Shown piece after piece: positions 37,438 to 51,021 of a stretch of DNA of 64,000 nucleotides. The notes under the pieces were generated by a model, which was given only the letters and a program-made list of their open reading frames with translations, had not been told where the DNA came from and made no database searches. Origin of the DNA: Eledone cirrhosa (Eukaryota). Numbering within the stretch: position 1 is the stretch's first letter; the number at the start of each line of letters is the position of its first letter. The stretch lies in NCBI GenBank assembly GCA_964016885.1, contig OZ024740.1, positions 168,454,001 through 168,518,000 of the forward strand, in the 5' to 3' direction. The position numbers and the translations under genes are program-made.

Positions 37438-38559
37438 GTATCTAGGGCCTCATTAATCAATATACTCTCTTTCTTTTAAGATAGTAGTTAAGGTAATGTG
37501 TGATTTTGTGGAAATTTGGCTGCTATTTTTAGCAGGATGAGTGACTGCATTGAAATTTCCTAATTGGTTTAAAATATATGGTTCTGATAGGTTGAAACGT
37601 ATGCTTCTTTATATTTTATAGAAACTCAATTGTCTCCCTGAAACTGTTTCAATCTACCTCTCATATCAGTTATCAAAGTTCATGGGAAAATATACTTAGA
37701 ACATTATGGTCTTTAAGTAGAAAATGTTTAACAGTAGTAATCAGAAAACTTATAACATTAAAACATTAAAAAAAGCTTTCATTAAACAGACTTAGAATGT
37801 TATTTTCTCAACCCAATGTAGTTAAACAGTACTTTGAAGCCATTTTTTGATAAACCAACAACACAGTATTTGTGTGCTATAAATGTTTTTTGAGCATTGT
37901 CATAGTCAGGTTTTTGTGAGTCTAACTTGAACAGACATTCAATGTCTTGTTGCACACAACATCTCTAATGCTAATGTCACAATAAAATGCATGCACTCTT
38001 TGCTGTAAAGTGGTTTGTGATAGGAGCATTCAGATGTTAATCTAAAGCCAAAATAAACATGACATACCTACCAACAAAGGTGATTGGTTTTCCTTGTTGC
38101 TGTGTTTACCAGATGATGAAGGTCTGTACAGTCTGTATATTGGTTAGCATTAGGATGGGCATCCAGCTGTAGAACCATGTTAAAATAGGTTGAGAGGACT
38201 TTTTAGTTGTATCAAAAATATTTCAACTTCTCTAATGCTGGTGCCATGATAAAATGCTGCAAGTACTTTCTGTAAAGTAGTTGGCATTAAGAAGGATATC
38301 CAGCCATAGAAACCATGCCAAAACTGGAATGTATGTAAGCAAGACTTTGGTTCCCTGCCATGTCAAAGGGGACAGTAACTCAAATTAAGTAATGAATTGG
38401 TCAGTAATGACCCATTCAACCCATACCAGTATGGAAAATGGACATAAGATGATGAAGATTTATATAATAAACTAAAGATAAAAACAAAACAACTAAAAGG
38501 TTAAACAAAAAAGAATGAACCTCTAAAATATAGTAAAGAAAAGAAAAACAGAGAGAAAA

Positions 38560-39530
38560 AGTCACTCCGTAGCCAATATCCTGCAAGACTCATCAGGGGT
38601 GGGGGAAGTAAGTTAGCAGGAAAGCCAACAAAGACTTAAAAGCTCTGGACTAAAGTAGAAATGGGAAGTCTGATTTTAGCTGCACGGGATCAATGTCAAG
38701 CTATAAAAATAAAATAATGAAAAAAGAGGCTAGCATCAGCTATAGATTATGTAATTTGCACAAAGAAATAATTGACTGCATCATCTTTGGCTGTCCAGTC
38801 CTTCCAAATACAAAATATATCTATGGTAATGACTAAGTTGGCAGATATGTTCACTAAGCAACATGCCAACCCTTTGACATGAAAACTAATCAAACCTACC
38901 ATATAACAAGAACCTAGTTACAATAATCTTGAAATATACCTATCAAGATTGATAAGGAAATCAGAATGAACTAATAAAGATCATTAATATCTTGCCTAAT
39001 AAGCAGGGAGAAAGAAAAAAGAAATAATTCAAAAAGGCAGGAGAGGGGAAGACACTACACCCCTATCTAGGTGGTATATCTGCACTCCACAAAGAAGATG
39101 GTGAAAGAACATCCAGCAACCCTAGCGCATCAGCCACTCCCCTTCGTGGGGATCCTTCCTCAGATGGGATGCACTCCTTCTAATTTTGCATAGAAAATGA
39201 CAGTTTAGGGACTGAGGACATTGAAGGTCTTGGTAGTGACTGGTATGAAAAAAAAAGCAGTTTGTAAAAGACAGTATTCTAATAGACATCTTGATCACTT
39301 CTCATCAAAGTATTGTCTGAAATGGTGTCAGGAAAAATCAAAGTGCAAAGATCTTAAAAGGGAAATACGAGTAAGTAGAATATGGAGTATAAATATAAAC
39401 AGTACCAGCAATAATGAGGAAAATAGATATAAAGAAGTGATCTAAAAAATATAACTTATAAAAACTATGCACATAATTCAAGAAATAGCCCTGCTTGACA
39501 CTGTCTGCATCATACAAAAAGCAGTATTGG
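38560..39530 (+). mobile_element. Highly degenerate R4-like LINE 3' remnant
   Basis: GLKVE.GSLILAARDQ, decayed RLC..HKEIID.II.GCP.L knuckle, and IQEIALL.TV.II.K.L end. Confidence 0.5.
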
Positions 39531-41244
39531 CCATGGTAATAATGATGGTGATGGTGGCAGAAATGACGATGGTGGGGGAAGTGGGGTGGTGATGGTGAAA
39601 ATGGTGATGATGATGCTGCTGCAAAGAATGATGAAGGGTATAGGGAGGAGCAGGGGTGGAGGAGCCGGAGGATGAGGAAGAGGGGGAGATGAGGGGTATT
39701 TTTTTATGTCTGTTGGATAGAGATAAAACTAAAAAAAAATTTAGATTAAAAAATTGTAATGGCAATTTATGAGAATAGCATGGCTGTGTGATGAAGTTCA
39801 CTATCCACTTGGTTCCAGGTTTGATTCCACTGTGGGATACAAGGAAGAGACAAGCTAATTACATAAAATCCAGTACTTCACATTGCTCCAGTATACTCAG
39901 CTGTCCAGAGGGGAGTCTTGTTCTCTCAGTCACTTCACGCCATGAAACTGGGATAAGCACTGGCCTAACAAGCTTTCTGGCTTGAGACAGAGACTTAATT
40001 GGTACTTTATGTTATCAACCGTGGAAGGATGAAAAGCAAAGTTGAGCTCAGCAGAATTTGAACTCAGAAAGTAAAGGGCCAGAATGAATTGTCATGTACA
40101 CAGTTCACGACAACATCGAGGGTACTTTTGAATTTTTCCCACTGACAAATCATTGCTCAGGCCCTAAAAACCCCGAAAATTGATGGAAATAGCCGCGGTT
40201 CATATTCTGACTGATTTTTCACCTTCAGTTTTAGGTGTATCATGCAACACCAGAGTCTATATTAAATTTTTTTAACAATTTTCATTAATACCTTCGAAGC
40301 TGTCGCTGACTATGAATAAAATATCTCACATTCTTCAGATCTTTTCTTTTCTAAATTTGGAACATAATGAAATTCTTTGGTCAATCCTTCGCCTCCACCA
40401 AGTGATATTTGTACTTGATGAAAATTATGTAAGTTATATACCTAGAAGATGCATAGCTTAGTCGTTTAGGTGTTGGACTTATGATCATCATAAGGTCATG
40501 AGTTTGAGTCTCAGACTGGGCCACACATTGTATCCTTGAGCAAAATACATTATTTCATATTGCTCCAGCCGTGAAAAAAAAGAGTTCTGACATTACTGGT
40601 GTCATACTCTATCAGCCTTTGCCTTTCCCATGAACAAAACCAGTGGCACGGATAGGGAAGCCTGGCATCCATGGATACCCAGACTTGCACCTTGGAGAAA
40701 AACTTTCCAGATACAAACCTATTGTCAATCATGATCAAAGAGTACCAATCTCTGGGATTAGAAATAACATTTACAAATAATTTTTCCAACTCTAATATAA
40801 AATCTTTATGAGCGTTATTCAGTTATTTGTCTCATTAGTTAGAAATCCATTCATTTTTACTCATATATACTTTTCATGTGTTCTTTCTCCTCCCTCTCTC
40901 TTTATACATTTATTCTGCCAATCTTTCGTCTTTATTTATATATTTATGTACCAAAACATCAGTGTATAAACAAATGTATAATATTGCTTCTTGTAATTCT
41001 AGGGGAAAAAAGTTCAAATGTAAATAGATTTCTCATTATAATCACTGTTTATTGTAGCCATTATGATCTTTATGAGTATCAACATTGTCTTCAATAAAAT
41101 CACTTCCACTATCATTTAGCACTACAATGATGATGACTAGCCTCCTCCTCCTCCTCCTCCTCCTCCTCCTCCTCCCCATCATCATCATCATAACCACAAC
41201 CTCCAGCATCGCTGCCACTGCCTCTACCAATACCACAGCCACTG

Positions 41245-41485
41245 CCACCATGGAGGATATGCAAAGGCTGAAAAGAAATGAAGCAAGAATGCTTTGATGA
41301 ATGTGCAATGTTAATGTGTGAAAAAGACAAAGCATGGATGAACTGAGAGGATATACGAGGAATTAGATGTAATATGCACAGAGGAGATGATGAAGGACTG
41401 TAACATGTGGAGAGATGTTTTGCTAAAGAGGACTCATCCCACCCTGGCAAGCATGGAAAAGCAGACGTAAAAGGATGATGAGGAT
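41245..41485 (+). mobile_element. Internally deleted RTE 3' fragment
   Basis: EDMQRLKRNEARML then the RTE terminal motif and GAT tail. Confidence 0.65.
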
Positions 41486-41757
41486 GCAAGAGAGGGTAAT
41501 GCAGATGATGTGGGAGCCTTCATGTATCTGGAAAGTTTTTCTCCAAAGTGCCTATGGCCAGTTTTAGAAGATGATATGTATGCTTATACACACACACATA
41601 TATATGTGTGTGTGTATATCAGTGATCAGGGAGAAAGTTTGACAGAATCATGCCACACTGTCTTGAGCTGTCTTAGGTGGCAGCTGTGCCTACCTGTGTG
41701 GGTGGGTTGATCTTACTTGTTTTATTTGTATAAATTTTTATTATATATATATATATA

Positions 41758-41912
41758 TGGCAGATTGGCAGTATTGGTAGAGTGTCAGACACCATGCTCT
41801 GCAACATAGAGTTATGGCCCTTTACGTTCTGAGTTCAAATCCTGCCTTTCATCCTTACAGGGTCGATTTTCCCTCCTCAAAAATTGCTGGCCTTGTGCCT
41901 AAAGTAGTAACC

Positions 41913-41915
<3 letters not shown>
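41758..41915 (+). mobile_element. MetaSINE, internally deleted
   Basis: A and B boxes plus partial Meta domain. Confidence 0.7.
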
Positions 41916-41947
<32 letters not shown>

Positions 41948-41953
41948 CTACAG

Positions 41954-42443
41954 TCAGTAGGCATCTCTATCAAAACACACCCCCGTCCCACCACCTCCAC
42001 CCCATCCACACCGCCCCTTTCAATGTAAAGTTATGTTGGTCCCACAACATCCAGGCCGAAACAAATGAGATCGTGTAGGTGTCACGACAAAAAAAACACA
42101 CAGTCCACGCTGTAAATGTGGCCGTGTAGGCAACACAGTAAAAACCTCCCAGCCCCACACTGTAAATGTGGTTGGTGTTAGGAAGGGCATCCAGCTGTAG
42201 AAAACCCGCCAGACAGTCCACGCTGTAATGTGGCCGTGTAGGCAACACGGTAAAAACCTCCCAGCCCCACACTGTAAATGTGGTTGGTGTTAGGAAGGGC
42301 ATCCAGCTGTAGAAAACCCGCCAGACAGTCCTATGCGAGCAAGACAACCACTCTTGCCTCAAGTGGGAAAACCCCCGTCCAAACCCACGCAAGCGTGGAA
42401 CACGGACGCTAAACCTGATGATGATGATGATGATGATGATGAT
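41954..42443 (+). mobile_element. RTE 3' UTR copy with internal tandem duplication of about 114 bp
   Basis: Matches 56860-57240; block cagtccacgctgtaa...cccgccaga occurs twice. Confidence 0.88.
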
Positions 42444-42449
42444 ATATCA

Positions 42450-43500
42450 TCTCTGTCTCTCTCTATATAAAATTCTTTGTCCGTCTGTCTGTCTGTCTTT
42501 TCCTTATGCATTCCAAATTGGCTTGACCAAATCAAAGCAAATTTTACAAGGTAATAGTAAACCCCTGGAGTAACAGCATATAATTTTTATTTTCATTTGA
42601 ATTACAACAATATAACACTTTATCTAAAATAATCTACTGTAGACAACTATAATTAAACAAATATTTTAGAACAAGACGACGACGTCAAATTTTGTATATG
42701 AGTGTGTATGTGTCTGTGAGTGTGTGTGTGTTTGCATGTTTGTTACGTACATTAAGTCTTACTAAGTTACATACACATACATCTTTACGTAAATACTTAA
42801 TCAGATACACAGAGAATTAAACACACAATTCGGCTGCTGGTTTACACTCACACACACACATACACACTAACACACTCACTTGCATACACACACATTTATA
42901 TACAATTATCTATATCTATATCTATATATCTATTTCTACGTATAATATAAAAGATTTGAACTTCCATCATCCTTTTGAGAAATGTGGACCCACTACTTCT
43001 ATGCAATGGCACACACTTTACAGCCAGGATGATGATGAACCATCTCCTAGAGGTCATATTCTTGGAGGCAATCATCAAGGAGAAAATGCATTTATTTCCA
43101 AGATTCCTCTTATCCCTTCCACTACAAAGCTGCCATTCAAATTCTCAAGACTTCAGTTCCCTGTTAGAGCCAGTTTTGTTATGACCGTGCATAAAGCTCA
43201 GGCTCAGAGTTTCAAAGTTGTAGAATTGAATACAAGAGAATCGCTTTTTACCCATGGACAGTTATATGTAGATTGTTCATGAGTGGAAACACCTAGAAAT
43301 CTTCATAAACTATGCATGAATGGTAAAACGAAGAATCTGGTGTATCTGAAAGATTTTTTTACTGCTTATTTTTTTGTAACACACGCACCACAGTCTCGCC
43401 TCATACTGTAAACCAGACAAACATTCAATACAGTCATTTTCTCTTCTACCTGTCTTCTCTTATCATCTGTATACCTGGGCAAAGCTGGGTATGTCAGGTA

Positions 43501-43501
<1 letters not shown>
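42450..43501 (+). mobile_element. Helitron remnant with Pif1-like helicase C-terminus
   Basis: A|TC 5' end. LRN.DP..LCNGT, RLQFPVR..F.MT.HKAQ.QS, FTHGQLYV.CS motifs. Subterminal hairpin cctgggcaaagctggg and ggtag|t end (CTAG variant). Confidence 0.85.
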
Positions 43502-43551
<50 letters not shown>

Positions 43552-43764
43552 AAAAGTGTCAGGACCCCGACGGCTGAGCTCCAGCCGTTCGACAGCAAGA
43601 TCCGAACTGATTATATTCTTTGTTATATATATATATATAACCAAAAAAATGTCTGTCTTAAGCCAGAAAGCTCATTTGGCTGGTGCTTATCCCGGTTTCA
43701 TGGTGTGAAGTGACTGAGAGTACAAGACCCCCCTCTGGGCAGGACACCAGTCTATCGCAGGGAT

Positions 43765-44510
43765 ATCATCATCACCCTTTTACGTCCATTCTTCCATGCT
43801 AGCATGGGTTAGATGGGCTGTCCTGTTGTGGGCAGTGCCCGGTAGGCTGACCTTGTCATGCTGATATGGGAACTGATTTTGGCTTGATTTCTACAGCTGG
43901 ATGCCCTTCCTAACACCAACCTCATTTACAGTGAGTGCGGGGTGCTTTTTTCCGTGGCACCTACACGACCACTTTACAGTGTGGGCTGGGTGCTTTTTTG
44001 CCTGGCACCTCCCCGACCACTTTGCAGTGGGAGGGGGTGGGGGCATATTGTCTATATGTTTCAGCTTCGGCTTGTATCCATGGGAAGTCGGGTCTTCTGT
44101 ATTACTGTGTGACGCCAGAGGTCAAGGTCCTGTGTCATCGCCTTTGAGAGGTGCAATTGGGTAAAGTCGGCTTTTATCAACTCTCTCTTCAGTCTCCCCA
44201 CTCCGTGGCTTCCATCGACTTCTAATGCTCTCCACCTTTTTAATGCAGCTGTCATCCTTCATATGCATCACATGACCATACCAACGCAACCTCCTCTCCT
44301 GCACATAACATTTGATTCTTCTTATGCTCAGTCTCTCTCTCAATTTGTTTATGCTTTGTCATTCACGTATATTACTATTACACATCCACCAGAGCATGCA
44401 AGCTTCGTTTCTTTATAATCTATGCAAGTCTTCTACACACAGCGCCCAGGTCTCACTACCATGTAACATTGCTGTTCGTATGCACACATCATATAGTCTG
44501 CCCTTCATTT
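43765..44510 (-). mobile_element. RTE 3' fragment
   Basis: [16 protein letters not shown] 3' UTR and GAT tail on the minus strand. Confidence 0.85.
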
Positions 44511-45079
44511 TGAGTGATTCAGTGAATTACTGGTTGTAGCACTCAAACAAGTACTCTATGCACAGGCAGTGTTTAAAAAAAAACAATGAAGTTTCGTTTA
44601 CATGTATTTAGATTATTATTGTGTATCGTTTTGTTATGTATGTTTCACAGAGGAATGGCTCAGGGTCACCCATAGAAGTTATGGACCTGACTCCCTTATC
44701 GATTTATTTTCAGACTGGTGATGTGACAAAAAAAATATAGTGTTTGTTATGATTTGTGAGATGATGGGTGGATATATCAGCATTGGCTTTAATTTTTGTA
44801 TGTGGGATATGTGGGTCTTGGAGTCAATAGGTAGGGCAGGTTTGCGCGTTTATATACACATATGTGAATTGAACATTCAAAGACAAGCTTTTGTGTAAAC
44901 AGGAAGCTGAATGGGAGGGTGACTATATAGGTGAGGAGGAAGGTGTCATGCTATGATGACACAGTAAGAGGTCATCGTATCAGTAGTGACAATTCGGATT
45001 TGCCGATGCCTGGCACCAAGTATATATATATATATATGTGTGTGTATGTATATATATGTATATATGTATATATATATAT

Positions 45080-45578
45080 CTGCATAAAAAGATGCAGAGC
45101 ACTAGAAGTCGATGGAAGCCGTGGAGTGGGGAGACCCAAGAAGACCTGGGATGAGGTCATAAAAGCCGACATTACCCAATTGCACCTCTCAAGGGCAATG
45201 ACACACGACCGTGACCTCTGGCGTCACACAGTAATACAGAAGACCCGACTTCTGACAGGAACAAGCCGAAGCTGAAGCATATAGACAATATGCCTCCATC
45301 CCTTCCCACTGCAAAGTGGTCGTGGAGGCACCACTGCAAAAAAGCACCCAGCCCACACTGTAAAGTGGACGTGTAGGCGCCACGGAAAAAAAACACCCAG
45401 CACTCACTGTAAATGAGGTTGGTGTTAGGAAGGGCATCCAGCTGTAGAAATCAAGCCAGAATCAGTTCCTGTACGAGCAAGATAAGGTCAGCCGACTGGA
45501 TACTGCCCACAACAGGACAACCCATCTAACCCATGCTAGTGTGGAAGAACGGACGTAAAACGGTGATGATGATGATGA
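45080..45578 (+). mobile_element. RTE 3' fragment
   Basis: CIKRCRALEVDGSRGVGRPKKTWD; same subfamily as 43765-44510, opposite orientation. Confidence 0.85.
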
Positions 45579-45809
45579 TATATATATATGTGTGTGTGTG
45601 TGTGTCTGTCTCTGTGCTAGAAATTAGTATTAGCATCATGATACTAATGATGATAATGATGATAATTGTAATTATTGGTATCGTGACTGTATATCCATGA
45701 CAATGACATGAATGTGGTGATAATATCAACTATTGATCTGGTTTCTTACCGCTATTTTAGATTAGGGACATAGTCAACATTGCAAGCTGTAATGTTGAAT
45801 ATAAAATAA

Positions 45810-46497
45810 CAAAAAAATATTTCTAATATTGGTACACGACCAGCAACTTGGGCAAGGGGAAAGCCTATTATAACAACTCCAGTTCTTAACTGGTACTTTA
45901 TTTTATTGACCCCAGGAGGATGAAAGGTAAAGTCGACTTCAGTTGAATTTGAACTCAGACTGTAAAGAATGAGAACAAATACTGTAGTAGCATTTTAGCT
46001 GACACCCCTAACAATTATGCTAATCTCTTAAAAGAACAAATAATTGTTTTTCATATGGCACAATGCTGGCAATTTGAAATTGAGGGGAAAGTTGATTAAA
46101 TCAATTCCATTGCATTACTGATACTATATTATATCGACCCTGTGAGCTTGAAAAGCAAAGCTAACCTCAGCTGATTTGAACTCAGAATATAAAGGGCTGT
46201 AACTATATGCCACAATGCTAGTGATACTGCCAATCCTTTGCCCTTAAAAGAAAAAATAATTGTTTCTACATTTGGCACAAGGCCATAAATTTGGGAGAGG
46301 GGAAAATCGATTAAATTGATCCCAGTGCATTACTGGTGTTTTATTTTATCAACCCCGTAAGGATGAAAGGCAAAGCTAACTTTGGCAGGATTTGAACTAA
46401 AAACGTAAAGGGTCATAACTCTATGCCACAAAGCATGATGTCCAACACTTTACTGATACTGCTAATCCAACACCCTCTTAAAAGAACAAATAATGAA
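45810..46497 (-). mobile_element. Three tandem MetaSINE copies
   Basis: Three units of about 225 bp, each with the Meta domain and tttgaactcaga-type B box, separated by ttaaaagaa(c/a)aaataat. Confidence 0.8.
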
Positions 46498-46794
46498 ATA
46501 GTAAAACCTGATATTTGTTGTAACAGAGTCAGCTGGAATGCTTATATATTGGGTTATTCAATTTAGTTTCAATATTCTAGGCTCTGAGATCAAGTACCCC
46601 AGAGTTGACTTTCTGATTCATTCCTGCAAAGTCAATAAAAAACAGTACCAGATGTGTACAATCGACTTTACTTATACTCTGTACATGTGTAACCTTGAGC
46701 CAATATGAGAAATCCGACTTCTATTATATCTAATAAAACAGCTGGTTTTAAGAAATGTTTGTGCATATATATAGTTTATTTCATTATTATCAAT

Positions 46795-46845
<51 letters not shown>

Positions 46846-47379
46846 TAGAGTGTACTGTGCAGGCTTCCTTGAGAAGACAAGTGTCTTTGTTTTTGCTGCA
46901 CTAATTTTCATTCTAGCCATGTAGTGTTAGGCATCAAACCTATCAAGTGCAAATTGGAGATCACCTTATGTCAAGTTAAGTAATACTATGTCGTCTGCAA
47001 ATTCCAGCCAACGGATCTTACACCTGCCAATCGTGATAGTACTTCCAGCCTGGCTGCCTATGTCAATCCTGTTCATGAGAATAATGAACAGGAGAGGTGA
47101 CAGACACACCCTATGTATATCTCAATATATAAAATCCCTGCTTTTGGTTGATCATGGTAGTTGTATACCATGCATATCTCAAGACAAAGAGAGGGAAGGA
47201 GATCAGAAATAAAAATAGGTAAAGAATAGTCCCTCTCTCTTACTTTTATTTCTCATCTCTTTTCCTGTCTTTTACTTTTCTGCATTTTCATTTAAAGCAA
47301 CAAAAACAAGTACATTAGGCATTGGCAACAATAATTTAAAAAACAATAATTCTTTAGAGGGTTAGTGGGCATCACAGCA

Positions 47380-47570
47380 GCTGAGGTAGGGGTGGCTGCT
47401 GCGGCGGGTGTCACTGGCCATTGTCTGCGGGAATGCTTTTGTGGTCTTGTCCAAAGAGCGCAGCCCCTTTACCGTTGCGCCCTAGGCTCAGAGCACAATC
47501 ATCCTTCCCCTCTCCTCCCCTTTCTTCTGTGACCCTAGAGTCCTTGCCATTCCTTCCCTTTCCCGAGTTT
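47380..47570 (+). mobile_element. CRE-clade 3' fragment
   Basis: gaggtagggtggctg..gggtgtcactggccattgtc..gggaatgcttttg, homologous to 8119-8300. Confidence 0.75.
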
Positions 47571-47999
47571 CTGTTTATCTAATTACCTACCAATTAGTCA
47601 ATCCATCTACCTACTTACCTACCTATCTGTCTATGGAGTCATCCGTCTGTCCATCCATCCACACATCTATTCATGCATCTGCCCATGCATTCATTCATCG
47701 GATCATCTATCTATTTTCAGACTACAACAAGAGCAACAATAACAAAGACACCTATCTACAGGTTTGTTGGTATTGTTGTTATTGCCTAACATAGTTATAT
47801 TTGTTGTTGTTATTGTAGCATTAGGTAAACTACAGACAGTGTATATTATTTCCCCAAACAATCCCTAGAACCCCAATTTTACCTCCCTCAACCCATTTAC
47901 TTTTCTGATTTCCCATTCCTCATCTAATCATGTTTGTATGGGTTAAACAGATTGTCACATACTAAAAGTTGACAGGTCAAATGACTGCATCAAATATCA

Positions 48000-49685
48000 G
48001 CATCTTAACCTCATTATCATTTTATATTTCCTGTACCACACTTGCATAGGTTGAACAAGTCCTTCACAGTACAGCATCTCTCCACTTGGCGTGTTCTTTG
48101 TCATCTCCATGAGTTTTAGCAATCTGAGACCAGCTCTCACCACTTCATCCCAAGGTCTTCCTCTTCCATAGCTTCCATCAACTTTGAGTACCCTACACCT
48201 TTTTATACAGCTATCATCCTCCATACACATCACATATCTATACCACCAAAATCTTCTCTCCTGCACACTGCATCTGATCCCTCTTATGCCCAATTTCTCT
48301 TTTAGTTACTTTATGCTTTGCCGTTCATGTATATTACTATTACACATCTATCCGAGCTTGCAAGCTTCATTTCTTTCCAATCTTCATAGGTCCTCTGCAC
48401 ACATTGTCCAGGTTTCACTACCATGCAGCATGCATCATGCAGTCAGCCCTTCATTTTGAGGGAGAAACCTTTTATAGCCAGCAGCAGTATTAGCTCTCTG
48501 AACTTTTTCCATCCCATTCTCACTCTGACTACTATACTTTCAGAACATTAACTTCTACTACTAATTTCGTCACTCAGGTAACAGAAGCTGTCAACTGTCT
48601 CTATGGAACCCTCTAAGAATTTGATAGAGCTTGTTTCCTGTGAGTGCGTGCTGCTTAATGTTCCTGTGCATTGATCACAGGTAAAACCTGCAGTCTTTGC
48701 TAGCCTGCCTGACATCCCACTATATCTCTTGTGCACCCACAGTTTGCATTTGGGACATAGAATGGAATTTCAACCTACTCCTTTTCTGTACACTGAGCAA
48801 GGCCATTTCCTTGAGTGGATCTGGGCCCTGTTTTCTTTTCTACATACTAGAATTTGGGACTTTGAGAAGTTAACTTGAAGACCTTTTGATTCTAGGCCAT
48901 GCTTCCAGGTTTGGAATTTCTTCTCTAATTCTGCCATAGATTCAGCAATAGGGGTTAAGTCATCTGCATACAGAAATTCCCATGAGCAGCCAGTCTTAAA
49001 CTCTTCTGCTATAGCCTGCAGGATGATAATAAACAAGAGAGGGCTAAGAACTGAGCACTGATTGACACCTATCTGCACGCTAAATTCTTTGCTGTAATCA
49101 TTTTTAATTCTGACCTTGCTGACTGTTCCTCTATACATGGCTTGTACTGCCTTCACAAGCCACTCATCTACTCCTAGTTTTCTAAGATCCCACCAGATAA
49201 TGGAACGGGGAACTCTGACAAAAGCTTTCTCACAGTCAACAAATTCCAAGCAGACAGGTTTACTTTTATCTAGGTACTTTTCCTGTAGTTGCTCCACAAG
49301 GAAGAAAGCATCCATGGTATTTTTACCTGGCACAAATCTGAATTACATTTCATTTAGGTTAATTCAGTCCTTAATCAGCAGTATTATAACTCTTTCTGTG
49401 ACCTTCATGACCTGCACAACCAACTTTATGCCTCTATAGCTTTCTCTGTCTAGAATATCTCCTTTGCCCTTGCAGCAGTTGACGATGCTGTTGCTATGCC
49501 AGTCATTGAGTATGACACCATTTTGGTTTACAATATGGGTAGTCACGGCATGATCCACCATCCCAGATGCATTTCAGCAACTATCCCTAAATGTCCAGCT
49601 GCTTTGCCTGTCTTTATATCCTTGATTGCCTTACTTACTATACTACAGCTAACTGTAGCAGCCAGTCCCTCTGTTGGGTCAACAT
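48000..49685 (-). mobile_element. Degenerate RTE LINE (RT, PHD, 3' end)
   Basis: Track ORFs 48770-49333 (LYADDL) and 48548-48736 (HKR..G...FTC..C). Confidence 0.88.
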
Positions 49686-50203
49686 GGAACATATATATAT
49701 ATTTACGCTTTTCTTTCATTTGTACACCTATCAGTATATGTATGTATATATCTGTATGCGTGTGCCTTGACTAATTACTTAAGAAGTTCTCTTGGAAATT
49801 ACAAGGTCCTGGGTTTGATCCTACTGCATGACAACAAATATCGTTTACTAAATTCTTGCACTAACTCGAACTTCTTTATTGAAATTGGATAGGTAGAGAC
49901 TGTCTTGAAGCCAGTAGGATGGAATGTACCTGGAATTCAAAGATCTAGCCCTGACACTCACTGCCATACTAATACTGGTGATTATGTATATGGGCCTTCA
50001 GAATACTCAGTCATTTACACACTAATTCAATATGCAGGTAGTTTAGTTGATTAAACTGAAAACTCTTCGTCGAAATCTAAGGATATCCATTTACTTGACA
50101 CATACACAGATTTAGAGTGAGGTCATCACCAAGTTGTACATATACATAGATAGGGGTACAAATGAATGAAAATAAAAAGTCGTATACATATATATAAATA
50201 TGA

Positions 50204-50385
50204 TGTGTGTGTGCGCGCGTGTACGCGTGTGCGTGTGCGTGTATATGTGCGTGCGTGCGTTTGTGTTTACCGTGATATTTTGCTATTTTTGACATTGGAA
50301 TGGCCTGCTACTTAATAATAGCAGCCGATTGTTCCCGACTCATGCGCCACCTCGTGACTGTCGTCGTTGCTAAGGGGAAGCAAGC
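50204..50385 (+). promoter_or_regulatory. Candidate promoter: CpG-rich alternating purine-pyrimidine tract and X-box-like motif
   Basis: (GT/GC)n run at 50204-50260, CpG cluster, and GTTGCTAAGGGGAAG at 50366-50380, all upstream of a probable first exon. Confidence 0.4.
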
Positions 50386-50737
50386 ATTGCATTTTCCTGA
50401 ATAAGAAACTATGAACAAAATAGCATTTTCCCAGCTTTGGGATTCAGAAAGAAATATTTCCACTTTTACACTCACATTTAAGTAATTCTTTAAGACAGCA
50501 TTGATAGTAAAGAGAAATTCTAAAACTATAGTAGGGTAGTCGGCGTGAAGAACTGTTCTGTTTAAAGAAATATTTAAATTAAAAGCTAGACACCACCGTC
50601 TGATGATGATCGCAGCATTAGTAAACATGAAGGAACTGCTACCGAAATGAGTTTGAGAGGGAAAAGAAAAACGTCATTTTGGACTATTTACTCTACGAAT
50701 TGTTAACCTAAGTTGGATAAGGCATTAAGTTCGAATT

Positions 50738-51021
50738 ATGAATAAACAACATACTCGAAGTTTATTGGAGTTGGGGCCCAGGGATGAAGATAATTTGGAT
50801 TTAGCAGCCGACAGTCCTGGAGTTTTACAACACCGTCAACATCACCAGTCATCTTCATCGATGTCCAGTTCTCCATATAATGCTGCTTTTTCAACTACTA
50901 ACCAAAGTTCTCCTCACGGGAGAGATTCGGGATTAATGGTTGACGTTACGCCTCCAAGGAGTCCGAAAATCGGACATAAAAACCATGACCGGCGCCATTC
51001 CCCGAAACCTCTTCATAGACA
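50738..51021 (+). CDS. Probable first coding exon of an unidentified host gene
   Basis: Non-repetitive 94-codon ATG ORF rich in S/P/H (MNKQHTRSLLELGPRDEDNLDL...SPKPLHR) ending at a canonical CA|gtaagt donor (phase 2). CpG retained. Confidence 0.7.

Noticed and set aside
44650-44830. Tc1/mariner DLTPLDF..WGY-like trace
   Set aside because: Too short and degenerate to support.
45810-46497. CRISPR-like repeat/spacer pattern
   Set aside because: Eukaryotic context; the apparent spacers are homologous SINE bodies and there are no cas genes.
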